In this document: positions 56,701 through 64,000 of the stretch, one piece after another
Position numbering within the stretch: position 1 is the stretch's first letter
Layout: every line of letters begins with the position of its first letter
From: Paracoccaceae bacterium
GTDB taxonomy: Bacteria; Pseudomonadota; Alphaproteobacteria; Rhodobacterales; Rhodobacteraceae
DNA: 64,000 nucleotides
Reading direction: 5' to 3'
Assembly: GCA_965198725.1 (NCBI GenBank)
Contig: CBDAPX010000001.1
Coordinates: 915,966 to 979,965, forward strand
Position numbers and translations under genes: made by a program
The notes under the pieces: model-generated
Told to the model about the DNA's origin: nothing
The model's input: only the letters and a program-made list of their open reading frames with translations
The model's database searches: none

Positions 56701-59700
56701 CGCTGCAGGCGCAGATGGAATCGCCATCCGGGTCCATTGGGTCGCTATCTGCCACGTTGACCAGCGACTATTCTACTACGGTGCAGATGGATCATGCGAT
56801 TTCCGCCGCACAGACCGCGCTGCAATCCAGCATTGATGGCGTCTCTGCCGATCTGTCGAACAACTACTACACTTCGGTTCAGGTTGACGGCGCGATTTCG
56901 ACGGCCCAGACCACATTGCAGGCGGACATTGATGATGTCTTCAGTGATCTGGCGGACGCCCTGCCATCTGACTTTTCTGAGCAGGGCCGGTTCTGGACCG
57001 AAAGCATTTCGGGTGCGACGGCAGCAACGGGTGATGTCGATGCCAATGTGTCCTTTGTCACAACGGCCAACGATGGTCCGATTTGCCGGATTGATATTTC
57101 CACCACTGTGGGGGCGAGCAACCATATCGCCCCGCGTGGCCGTCTGCCTTATGTCGTGGGCCGCAAATACAAGGTCACTGTCACAGCCCGTCTGACCGGC
57201 GTTTCCAGCCTGGGCGATGGTCGGGCGTTCAACATCCAGTTTCGCGGTTTGAATGGCAGATACGGTTCGGTGTCGGGTGCGTGGAGCACATTCCATCCGT
57301 CCTTCGCTTCGGTCGATACATGGGAGGTCTTCACCCATGAATTTGAAGCTACCGATCAGGGCGCATGGGCCGACATTGCGCATTTACTGCCCTTTGTCTA
57401 CCGCTTGAGTTCCTATGTGCGAGCCGGTGCCTATTTGGACATCAAGTCCATTGTCATTGAAGATGTGACCGAAGCGGGCAGCATCGCATCGAACCTGCAG
57501 CAGAATTATTCGACCACGGCGCAGATGGATCAAGCCATCGCGCTTGCCCGGACCACGTTGCAATCGAGCATCGACGGTGTCGCGTCGGACCTGTCAAACA
57601 ACTACTACACCGAAGCCCAGACGGGCGCGGCGATCACTTCGGCCACCACAGCGCTGCAATCCAGCATTGATGGCGTCTCTGCCGATCTGTCGAACAACTA
57701 CTACACTTCGGTTCAGGTTGACGGCGCGATTTCGACGGCCCAGACCACATTGCAGGCGGACATTGATGATGTCTTCAGTGATCTGGCGGACGCCCTGCCA
57801 TCTGACTTTTCTGAGCAGGGCCGGTTCTGGACCGAAAGCATTTCGGGTGCGACGGCAGCAACGGGTGATGTCGATGCCAATGTGTCCTTTGTCACAACGG
57901 CCAACGATGGTCCGATTTGCCGGATTGATATTTCCACCACTGTGGGGGCGAGCAACCATATCGCCCCGCGTGGCCGTCTGCCTTATGTCGTGGGCCGCAA
58001 ATACAAGGTCACTGTCACAGCCCGTCTGACCGGCGTTTCCAGCCTGGGCGATGGTCGGGCGTTCAACATCCAGTTTCGCGGTTTGAATGGCAGATACGGT
58101 TCGGTGTCGGGTGCGTGGAGCACATTCCATCCGTCCTTCGCTTCGGTCGATACATGGGAGGTCTTCACCCATGAATTTGAAGCTACCGATCAGGGCGCAT
58201 GGGCCGACATTGCGCATTTACTGCCCTTTGTCTACCGCTTGAGTTCCTATGTGCGAGCCGGTGCCTATTTGGACATCAAGTCCATTGTCATTGAAGATGT
58301 GACCGAAGCGGGCAGCATCGCATCGAACCTGCAGCAGAATTATTCGACCACGGCGCAGATGGATCAAGCCATCGCGCTTGCCCGGACCACGTTGCAATCG
58401 AGCATCGACGGTGTCGCGTCGGACCTGTCAAACAACTACTACACCGAAGCCCAGACGGGCGCGGCGATCACTTCGGCCACCACAGCGCTGCAAGCAGCAA
58501 TGGAAGCGCCAAGCGGGTCTATCGGCAGTCTGTCTGCAACCCTGACCAGCGACTATTACACTGGTGTTCAAACCGATGGCGCGATCAGTGCCGCTGTGAC
58601 CACGCTGGAAGCGACGTTCGGGCCGTCCGCGCTCAGCAACGGCTGCATTCAAGACCCGACTTTGTCAGAGCAAGACGGGACAAAATGGACCCGCTGGTCA
58701 AGCGGTGGAACGCTCACGTTCTCAGATAATCAGGTCTATCCAACTGGGAAGAGTGCGCGCTTCGTCTGTGCGTCTGGCGACAATAGCGGCCTATATACAG
58801 CTTCGCATCGGGCCACATGGATCGGCGCAGAAAATCTGGACGCCTATGTCGTTGAGGTTGATTTCACCTTGAATTCGGGAAGTCTGAGCGGGGCCGGGGT
58901 TCGGGTGGATTGGGACAAAACGACAGGCGAACGCACCACACCGATTGCGCTACAGCACATGCAGGTAACTGGCACGACAGGATTTGTGCAACGTGCGTCG
59001 GCGGTGTTCTTGAAGCCCTCGAATTTTGCGGGCACGTTTGTTGATCACGATCTATACCTCTTTGCGAATTTTTGGGGCCTTCCGAATTCGCCAAAGGCTG
59101 CGAAAGACATTACCTTCCATCGCTGTTTCATCCGCCCCGCAACCCCGGAAGAAACGGGTTCCGGCATTCTGGCCGACACGCTGAACGCAGAGATCACCGA
59201 CATCAAGGGGCTGGATGTCGATGCTAGCACAGCCTTCGGCACTTTGATGCAGCAGCTGCAGGTGAATGCGGGCGGTACCAGCGCGACCATCACCAACCAC
59301 GCATCCGCCGTGGCCGAACTAAATGGCTTCAGTTCGGCCTTCGCAGGCGTGACCGTTGACACCAATGGCGGCAATATCGCGGGCTTGCGGGCAACGTCCT
59401 TCGCCAACCCGGATGGGTCGGGCAATGGTGTGCTGGAACTGTTGGGGGATGTGGTGGCCGAAGGCACACTGTCCACCAATAAGCTGGTTGTCGGTCTGGG
59501 CCGCAATCTGCTGTCAAACACGGATTTCAGCGACGGGCTACAAGGGTGGATTAGAACGGGCGGTTCCGGTAGCGGTGCAACCGCGACCTTGTCGCTGCGT
59601 CCGCCGGGTTCATGGGCTGGTGCATATTTTCCGGTTCTGCAGCTTTACCAAGGCTCGTCTGCAAGCGACGGGTATCGAGATGTCGAACATCGCCCGCATC

Positions 59701-60581
59701 TGACTGACGGTAGTGTTTCCGTTGGTGTGCCCGTGGAAGCCGGGCAATGGCTGGAAGCCAGTGTGAAAGCCTCGATCCATCGGTGTGTTTTTGAATTGCG
59801 CATTCGGTTTCTGGATGCGTCCGGCGCGCATCTTGCGTGGTCGGGCGTTATTGCAAGCGGCAATGGCGCGACATCGTCTTCGACGGACCCAGAACTATGG
59901 CCGGTGTATTGGGGGAAGGCTCTGGCACCTGCGGGTGCGGCCTACGCGACGGTTCATTATCGCAAGTTGGCCACTAATACGGGTTCGAACAGTTATCTGT
60001 TCATCCATAAGCCACAGCTTGCGGTTTCGCATGCAAGTGCGACCCAGCCCGCACCCTACAGCCCCGGTGGCACCACGCTGATTTCCGGCGACAAGATCAT
60101 GACTGGTGCTATCACGGCAGAAAGCGCCATTCTGGCCAGTGCCAGCGTGGTCGAAGCGAACATTCAGGATCTGGCCGTGTCCACCCTGAAGATCAAGGAT
60201 CAGGCCGTCACTATTCCCGTCTATGTGCAGGACAACGTGCTTCAGAACATCCACAGCACAACAGACTGGGTGACGGTCATCAGCGCGGTGATGGACCGGG
60301 AAGGCTATGCCACGGCGTTGCAGTTCACCGCCCAGATCGACGGTTATGGCGATGGCAACCTGATGTTCGGTTTCGCGCGCAACGGCGGGCATTTCAACAA
60401 TGGCTTCACCCAGCATATCGCAGGCAACGGGTCGCAAACCAATGTGACAATTTCGACAGTGGACACAAACACAGGCACCGGCCCGACCACCTACAGTGTT
60501 CATTGTCGCCGTGTCAGCGGCCTGAACAGGCATGGCCGCGTGTTCAAGAAGTTCCTGTCGGCACACCAGTTCAAGAAATAG
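53748..60581 (+). CDS. giant host-specificity / tail fibre protein (2277 aa)
   Basis: ATG overlaps GNAT stop (TGATG). N-terminus resembles RcGTA g15/lambda J-type phage-tail_3 domain, followed by 32-aa LQSxIDGVxxDLxxNYYT repeats alternating with about 190-aa beta-sandwich-like modules. Confidence 0.85.
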   Translation: MAVFTAIATAIGIGGTFLGTLFVAGLKTLVGIGLNKLAMKLAGKKQGDGSQFSVKSQLQRGADLPQSFLIGKCATAGSLTYANTWGEAGGTPNAYLTMVISLSDIPVQSLDGIWVNGEAGTIGATAHADYGFPVKEFHKDGKDHLWVKFFDGTQTAADSYLVNTASNAERPWDANAIGHGTAYAVMTARINQDLFNGFPSFLFELTGARFYDPSKDSSVGGVGAQRWSDPATWGGDGDLLPAVQLYNLFRGMQFGDRWFYGMQATTAEQMPVAHWIGQINKCRSLIAAQGGNEPKFRSGGEIAVGAPIADAMEALLDACQGRITESGGVYKLFVGHPETTVASFSDDDILSTEEQSFTPFFGLADTVNGVNAKYPDPDQGWQIETAPPLNNSDYEAEDGARRLMVDVQFDLVPYAEQVQRLMLASLNEARRARRHTFTLPPRFWALEPGDVVEWTSARNGYDAKLFRVDGVLDQPNADVVVDLTEIDPTDYDFDTNVDFTPVGGGSVTSPIYPPQTIAGWTAQASSVPDSTGLGRLPAIMITWNGDVDDVAAVQVRVRVKATGAVVFSGRFDDVVAGTALIAEGILPATEYEVQGRYIPRSPRDVAWSDWLTVMTLDLRLGITDLATEVGQAISDAQAAADGAAADATQALQDAADVQADHNALTNDFTGTLNAAFSQRDAGIAAAQAAADDVQADHDALVAGFTGGTIEGAIEALRAENEANIAPLGASVLREPRSLWSCNVHVARPDLVKPAVTTGLFITDDADFGECFEFGGVYNTNLGPAYPVEFDPNRVYRITACYKVVDDNGGAGVRLHLGVSTQTGTTLVQSNIQSELHSPWLLVADGPQTSVRYVSGDAAALDAYGIAGSDRIVLTGSASANKLYPQLRQNSRGSTSGKVRVASIEVVDVTEALSGVNALRTELQSNIDGVSATLANDYYTAVATDQAISAAQQTLQSNIDGVASDLQTNHYTIAQTDGAISAATTALQAQMESPSGSIGSLSATLTSDYSTTVQMDHAISAAQTALQSSIDGVSADLSNNYYTSVQVDGAISTAQTTLQADIDDVFSDLADALPSDFSEQGRFWTESISGATAATGDVDANVSFVTTANDGPICRIDISTTVGASNHIAPRGRLPYVVGRKYKVTVTARLTGVSSLGDGRAFNIQFRGLNGRYGSVSGAWSTFHPSFASVDTWEVFTHEFEATDQGAWADIAHLLPFVYRLSSYVRAGAYLDIKSIVIEDVTEAGSIASNLQQNYSTTAQMDQAIALARTTLQSSIDGVASDLSNNYYTEAQTGAAITSATTALQSSIDGVSADLSNNYYTSVQVDGAISTAQTTLQADIDDVFSDLADALPSDFSEQGRFWTESISGATAATGDVDANVSFVTTANDGPICRIDISTTVGASNHIAPRGRLPYVVGRKYKVTVTARLTGVSSLGDGRAFNIQFRGLNGRYGSVSGAWSTFHPSFASVDTWEVFTHEFEATDQGAWADIAHLLPFVYRLSSYVRAGAYLDIKSIVIEDVTEAGSIASNLQQNYSTTAQMDQAIALARTTLQSSIDGVASDLSNNYYTEAQTGAAITSATTALQAAMEAPSGSIGSLSATLTSDYYTGVQTDGAISAAVTTLEATFGPSALSNGCIQDPTLSEQDGTKWTRWSSGGTLTFSDNQVYPTGKSARFVCASGDNSGLYTASHRATWIGAENLDAYVVEVDFTLNSGSLSGAGVRVDWDKTTGERTTPIALQHMQVTGTTGFVQRASAVFLKPSNFAGTFVDHDLYLFANFWGLPNSPKAAKDITFHRCFIRPATPEETGSGILADTLNAEITDIKGLDVDASTAFGTLMQQLQVNAGGTSATITNHASAVAELNGFSSAFAGVTVDTNGGNIAGLRATSFANPDGSGNGVLELLGDVVAEGTLSTNKLVVGLGRNLLSNTDFSDGLQGWIRTGGSGSGATATLSLRPPGSWAGAYFPVLQLYQGSSASDGYRDVEHRPHLTDGSVSVGVPVEAGQWLEASVKASIHRCVFELRIRFLDASGAHLAWSGVIASGNGATSSSTDPELWPVYWGKALAPAGAAYATVHYRKLATNTGSNSYLFIHKPQLAVSHASATQPAPYSPGGTTLISGDKIMTGAITAESAILASASVVEANIQDLAVSTLKIKDQAVTIPVYVQDNVLQNIHSTTDWVTVISAVMDREGYATALQFTAQIDGYGDGNLMFGFARNGGHFNNGFTQHIAGNGSQTNVTISTVDTNTGTGPTTYSVHCRRVSGLNRHGRVFKKFLSAHQFKK
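56817..58493 (+). repeat. perfect 834-bp in-frame tandem duplication (2 copies + 9 bp) inside fibre gene
   Basis: 56817-57650 and 57651-58484 read identical by line-by-line comparison; identical antisense ORFs at +834 offset in the ORF track. Confidence 0.9.
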
Positions 60582-60590
60582 GAGGGCGCT

Positions 60591-60833
60591 ATGAAGGCTG
60601 CAAATACGACTTTGATTTCTGGTGAAATTTCGGCCACGGGGGAGGTATTGGCCGACGGTCCAGTCGAGCAAGCGAACATTCCAACGCTTCATGTATCGAA
60701 TTTGGTTTTATTCGAAGACGGGGTTTCGAATCCGCCGGATCAGAAACATCGTGCTGAAGCGGCATTGCAGGCCGAAACCACATTGGAAATTGGAGCGCCA
60801 GTTCTCGGTGGCTATGGATATTTGTCAGGCTGA
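60591..60833 (+). CDS. hypothetical protein
   Basis: 80-aa ORF directly after the fibre gene. Confidence 0.4.
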   Translation: MKAANTTLISGEISATGEVLADGPVEQANIPTLHVSNLVLFEDGVSNPPDQKHRAEAALQAETTLEIGAPVLGGYGYLSG

Positions 60834-61295
60834 CGATGTCGCTCTAACCCGGTAGTCCAGCCAATTGTTTTCGCTTTGCCAATCCAGATGTATAGCGCAG
60901 TTTTCAAGGAAATTTCGGCCAATGATGGCATGGTATGGGGCGCCTGCGGCCAGTCCTTCAACCGCTATCAATTGAGCCTGCTGCGTCAATGATATGTCGG
61001 GGAAAGCCAAGGCGCTGTTGAACGCAAAAACTGGTGTTGAAAGGCTAACGGTTCTCATTTCGCGGGTGGAAAACTCGCTGTGTCCTAGGCTTTTTGCTAG
61101 GTCCAAGTCTACCGTTGTTGTGCCTGCCCCGGTGTCAACCAACGTCCATATTGGTGGGGAAAAGGTGGACAGATCATTCGTCCAATTGGGTTTTGCCAAT
61201 TGGACGGAAATTACAGGCGCGCGTGAACCGACCGTGCTGCCGTCAATCGAGACAGTCACAAACTGGATGGGTATTCGAAGGGTGCGAATGGGCAT
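60825..61295 (-). CDS. retropepsin-like (clan AA) aspartic protease
   Basis: 156 aa; catalytic LVDTGAGTT and flap/dimer motif AIIGRNFL; no signal peptide; about 50-53% GC by hand count in 60841-60960. Confidence 0.7.
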   Translation of the reverse strand: MPIRTLRIPIQFVTVSIDGSTVGSRAPVISVQLAKPNWTNDLSTFSPPIWTLVDTGAGTTTVDLDLAKSLGHSEFSTREMRTVSLSTPVFAFNSALAFPDISLTQQAQLIAVEGLAAGAPYHAIIGRNFLENCAIHLDWQSENNWLDYRVRATSSA

Positions 61296-61313
61296 TTTAG
61301 AAACCTTACCTCA

Positions 61314-62156
61314 ATGGAGAAACACATGATCGACTTTACCGTCTATGACGGCCCAACAGGCCGCATTCTTCGTGTTGGGCAATCGCAGCCCAGCACCCTG
61401 CATCATCAAGCGCTTGGCGACAGCGAAGCCATGATCTTTGGGGTGTTTGATGCGGATACCCACTACATTTCTCAAGGGCGCGCGCGAATGCGACCCGTCC
61501 TACCTGCCATCACCTTGAATGGACAGGGCTGGGAATTTGACGGCCTGCCACCTGAAGGAACTGCGGCGCAGGTCCAGTCGCTGTTCATTGACGGCACCTT
61601 TGACATTGACGCTCGCACAGTCGCTTTGGCCGTGCCGGAACCTGCGCAGGTTCAGATCACCGCCCCATGGCCGTATCAGGACGTGCAGATTGAACTGGAC
61701 GGAACACCACAGGCACCCGTTGCCGATGCGCAAATTATTGGACCTGATCTGGATCGTATGAAGGACCATTTCGGCGCGGAACTTTACCGGCAAGCGGATG
61801 CTTTGATGCTGTCGATGCTGGGAAATCCTGACGAAAACACGCAAAAACGCTGGCTGGTCAAACGGGCGATCTTCGACAAGTTCGAAGCGGGCAACCTGTC
61901 AGAATCGGACCGCGCGGCACTGGCTGAAGAGGTCCGATATTCGGGCGAAACGGTTGAAGATCATCTGACGGTGATCGGCAAGAAAGTCGCATTCCAGAAC
62001 TGGGTGACATTCCGGTCAGACGGCCTGCGGGCCGAAGCCGAAAACCGGCTGGACGGGGCCACCATAGCGGAAGAGGCGTTGGCCGCGATCACATGGGCCG
62101 AAACGGAAAGCGCAAACGCTGTGGCTGAAGCGCAGGCGCTTCTGACAGCAGGATAA
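61314..62156 (+). CDS. tail fibre assembly/chaperone-like protein (tentative)
   Basis: N-terminus IDFTVYDGPTGRILRVGQ...DADTHYI resembles tail-fibre-assembly/DUF4376-type proteins; alternative start 61326. Confidence 0.4.
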   Translation: MEKHMIDFTVYDGPTGRILRVGQSQPSTLHHQALGDSEAMIFGVFDADTHYISQGRARMRPVLPAITLNGQGWEFDGLPPEGTAAQVQSLFIDGTFDIDARTVALAVPEPAQVQITAPWPYQDVQIELDGTPQAPVADAQIIGPDLDRMKDHFGAELYRQADALMLSMLGNPDENTQKRWLVKRAIFDKFEAGNLSESDRAALAEEVRYSGETVEDHLTVIGKKVAFQNWVTFRSDGLRAEAENRLDGATIAEEALAAITWAETESANAVAEAQALLTAG

Positions 62157-62252
62157 GGCAGGCGGGCAAAACGCCGATCAAGGCTGAGCCGCCACCGGGC
62201 CGGGCGGGCGAATAACAACACAATCCCGGCGGTGAATAAAAACACCCACTGA

Positions 62253-62531
62253 ATGGAGATGAGCGGGACAATGACAGAAAAGACCCTGGAGGCTTCTTTC
62301 TCGGAGGATGAGCGTGCGGCGCTGCATTCTCTGGCAGAGATGTTTCAAGATAAAGACTGCCGCGACGAACTGCGGACCCTTGTTCACGAGGGAACGACAC
62401 TGCGCGAGATAATTCTCGCGTACAAGGCCAACCGCCGGGTGATTTCGACCCTGAAGACGGTCGGCGGATTGATCATTCTTGCGGGCGGCTCCGTCGCGGC
62501 CCTCAAGGGCCTTGGCCTCTGGCCCAAGTAA
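62253..62531 (+). CDS. small membrane protein (holin/antiholin candidate)
   Basis: 92 aa with a single C-terminal TM, VGGLIILAGGSVAALKGLGLW. Confidence 0.4.
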   Translation: MEMSGTMTEKTLEASFSEDERAALHSLAEMFQDKDCRDELRTLVHEGTTLREIILAYKANRRVISTLKTVGGLIILAGGSVAALKGLGLWPK

Positions 62532-62555
62532 CAGACGCCATCTTGCAACCGAACC

Positions 62556-62582
62556 GGCCCGCCATCCGTGCGGGCCTTTTTT
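62556..62582 (+). terminator. intrinsic terminator 14 bp upstream of the endolysin start
   Basis: GGCCCGC-CATCCGT-GCGGGCC followed by TTTTTT. Confidence 0.7.
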
Positions 62583-62595
62583 ATGGAGAACTGAC

Positions 62596-63357
62596 ATGTT
62601 CGATCAAAACTGGCAGGCCATTGTCCTGCGTTCCTATACCGCTTGGGCGTTCTACATCCTTGCGGCGATCACCCTTGCGCCAGACATCATCTACCTGGTG
62701 GCTGAGCGTGACACCAACCCGGCTGTCTGGTCGGCCCTGCAAATCTGGGTCATTGTTTTGGGCATTCTGGGCCGTCTGGTTTTGCAACCCCATGAAGGGG
62801 CTTTGCGGCGGCGGCTTATTCTGGGCGTCGTGGTGATCGGCACAATCCTTGTTGCGGCGCAGGCGATGGCGCAGACTACGGAACGGGCCACGATGCGTGT
62901 CTTGGTGCCGCTGGTCATCAAGTGGGAAGGCGAACACCGATGCTCTGATGCCCGTCACCTGCATTGCGCTTATCGTGACATCGTGGGGGTGCCGACGCTC
63001 TGCTATGGCGAAACGCTGGGCGTTCGCATGGGGGATCGGGCAACCGATGCGGAATGCCGTGATGAGTTGGAACACCGTTTGACTGATGATTTCCGCGACG
63101 GCCTGCATCGGTATTTCAGTGACACCACGCGCGGAACCCGGCTGACACCGCATCGGGACGCCGCCTATGTCTCGCTAGCCTACAACGTGGGCATTCGGGG
63201 TGCTGGCCGCTCCACCGCTACGCGCCGTCTGAATGCCGGCGACATCGCAGGTGGCTGTGCGGCTTTGGGATGGTGGAACAAGGCCGGTGGCCGGGTTGTG
63301 CGGGGGCTGGTGAATCGACGCGCTGAAGAAACTGCGCTTTGCCTTCGGGGCCTGTGA
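62596..63357 (+). CDS. GH24-type lysozyme with three N-terminal hydrophobic helices
   Basis: IKWEGE...AYRDIVGVPTLCYGET...AAYVSLAYNVG lysozyme motifs; preceded by AWAFYILAAITLAPDIIYLV, VWSALQIWVIVLGILGRLVL, LILGVVVIGTILVAAQAMA. Confidence 0.8.
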   Translation: MFDQNWQAIVLRSYTAWAFYILAAITLAPDIIYLVAERDTNPAVWSALQIWVIVLGILGRLVLQPHEGALRRRLILGVVVIGTILVAAQAMAQTTERATMRVLVPLVIKWEGEHRCSDARHLHCAYRDIVGVPTLCYGETLGVRMGDRATDAECRDELEHRLTDDFRDGLHRYFSDTTRGTRLTPHRDAAYVSLAYNVGIRGAGRSTATRRLNAGDIAGGCAALGWWNKAGGRVVRGLVNRRAEETALCLRGL

Positions 63358-63707
63358 GCGTGTGGGCGCTTGGCTGGCGGCTGCTGTCCAGCCGCGTTGG
63401 TCTGGCGGTGGTGCTGTGTGCGGCGCTGTGGGGGCACACCTATGACAAACGCCAAGCGATTCGCGCCGCCCGTGAGGGGTTTGTGCAGCAGTTTGAATTA
63501 ACCGCTGCACAGGCCGAGTTAGAGGCGCTGCGCGGGCGCATGGCTGCAGCGCAAGAGGCAAATCGCGCATTGCAAGAAAAGGTCCAGGTGGCCGAGGGCG
63601 AGGCGCTACGTTTTGCCGCTGAATTGGAGGCGTTCGAGCGTGAAACACAAATCAATCCTGATGGCGTGGTGGATTCCGATCTTTTGCGCCGCCTGCGCTC
63701 AAACTGA
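63339..63707 (+). CDS. i-spanin (Rz-like)
   Basis: N-terminal TM VGLAVVLCAALWG followed by coiled coil; position after endolysin; alternative GTG start 63357. Confidence 0.6.
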   Translation: MPSGPVSVWALGWRLLSSRVGLAVVLCAALWGHTYDKRQAIRAAREGFVQQFELTAAQAELEALRGRMAAAQEANRALQEKVQVAEGEALRFAAELEAFERETQINPDGVVDSDLLRRLRSN

Positions 63708-63945
63708 CGGGGAGCGCATCGCACAGGCCGGTGAGGCCTTGGGTAATGCTCGCGCTGCTGCGGTGTGGCCCGAGTATCCTGGTGATTGCCGTCGCACATC
63801 GCGTGGCGGGATTTCTGAGGGGGATCGCTTGGATATGGCTGTGTTGAAGCTGGATCAGGCTCTGGCACGCCAGAATGCGCGGACTGAGCGCTGCGCGGAC
63901 TGGTATGATCAGCAGCGCGACCTTGCGGCGGGGAGTAGTGAATGA
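63640..63945 (+). CDS. o-spanin (Rz1-like lipoprotein) overlapping i-spanin 3' end
   Basis: VKHKSILMAWWIPIFCAAC|AQ lipobox-like; starts (GTG 63640 or ATG 63661) inside the Rz-like gene in another frame. Confidence 0.5.
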   Translation: MKHKSILMAWWIPIFCAACAQTDGERIAQAGEALGNARAAAVWPEYPGDCRRTSRGGISEGDRLDMAVLKLDQALARQNARTERCADWYDQQRDLAAGSSE

Positions 63946-64000
63946 TCACGCTTGCGTTCTACAAAGGTTGGCGATTGCGGCCCTCCTATCTGATCCAGGA
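63942..64000 (+). CDS. hypothetical protein, 5' fragment (continues beyond window)
   Basis: ATG overlaps preceding stop (ATGA); MITLAFYKGWRLRPSYLIQ... Confidence 0.4.
   Translation, partial: MITLAFYKGWRLRPSYLIQ

Larger units (their letters stand above)
26544..64000. mobile_element. integrated siphovirus prophage (HK97 / RcGTA-like structural module); right end beyond window
   Basis: Contiguous integrase, cI/cro, replication, HNH-terminase-portal-protease-capsid-tail-lysis gene order. Confidence 0.9.

Noticed and set aside
56500-58600. Diversity-generating retroelement (TR/VR) explanation for repeats in the fibre gene
   Set aside because: The copies are 834 bp long, tandem and identical, with no adenine-specific differences. 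No reverse transcriptase is in the window.

Overview
High-GC alphaproteobacterial DNA; gene content looks Rhodobacterales-like, which is an inference. It splits into two parts.

(1) 1-26.4 kb is ordinary chromosome. It carries smpB, sseA, an AspC/TyrB-type aminotransferase, an Lrp-controlled small operon, glnK-amtB, a class A PBP, mlaA/mlaC-like genes, RidA, GDPD, phhB, a CHAD protein, a Prx5 peroxiredoxin, rsmD, map, sfsA and an OmpA-family protein. Two decay events stand out here:
- A type I secretion ABC/HlyD pair is broken by an IS3-family element (13262-14579), with loss of the gene junction and an additional in-frame TAA.
- An alpha/beta hydrolase carries an in-frame TGA.

(2) 26.5-64.0 kb is a near-complete HK97/RcGTA-like siphovirus prophage that runs off the right edge of the window. 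Gene order is:
- integrase, an excisionase-like HTH protein and a leftward early operon
- a second IS3-family element
- a cI/cro-like switch
- an accessory islet (DUF1937, DNA methyltransferase, BrnT/BrnA)
- a replication region with an iteron + DnaA-box origin candidate
- HNH, terS, terL, portal, protease and capsid
- connectors, tail tube, frameshifted chaperone and tape measure
- hub proteins, a 2277-aa host-specificity protein and a lysis cassette

No rRNA, tRNA or CRISPR array was recognised.

I cannot point to a clearly novel multi-gene system. The best candidates for unexplained biology are:
- the giant modular fibre protein with a perfect in-frame 834-bp tandem duplication
- a lower-GC retropepsin-like aspartic protease gene wedged antisense into the late operon
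- a low-GC secreted protein in the rexAB-equivalent position downstream of cI, hit by an IS
- the DUF1937-methyltransferase-BrnTA islet with a C8 tract
- a GNAT gene inside the tail-hub module

All functional calls rest on motif and family recognition by eye; no database search was run.
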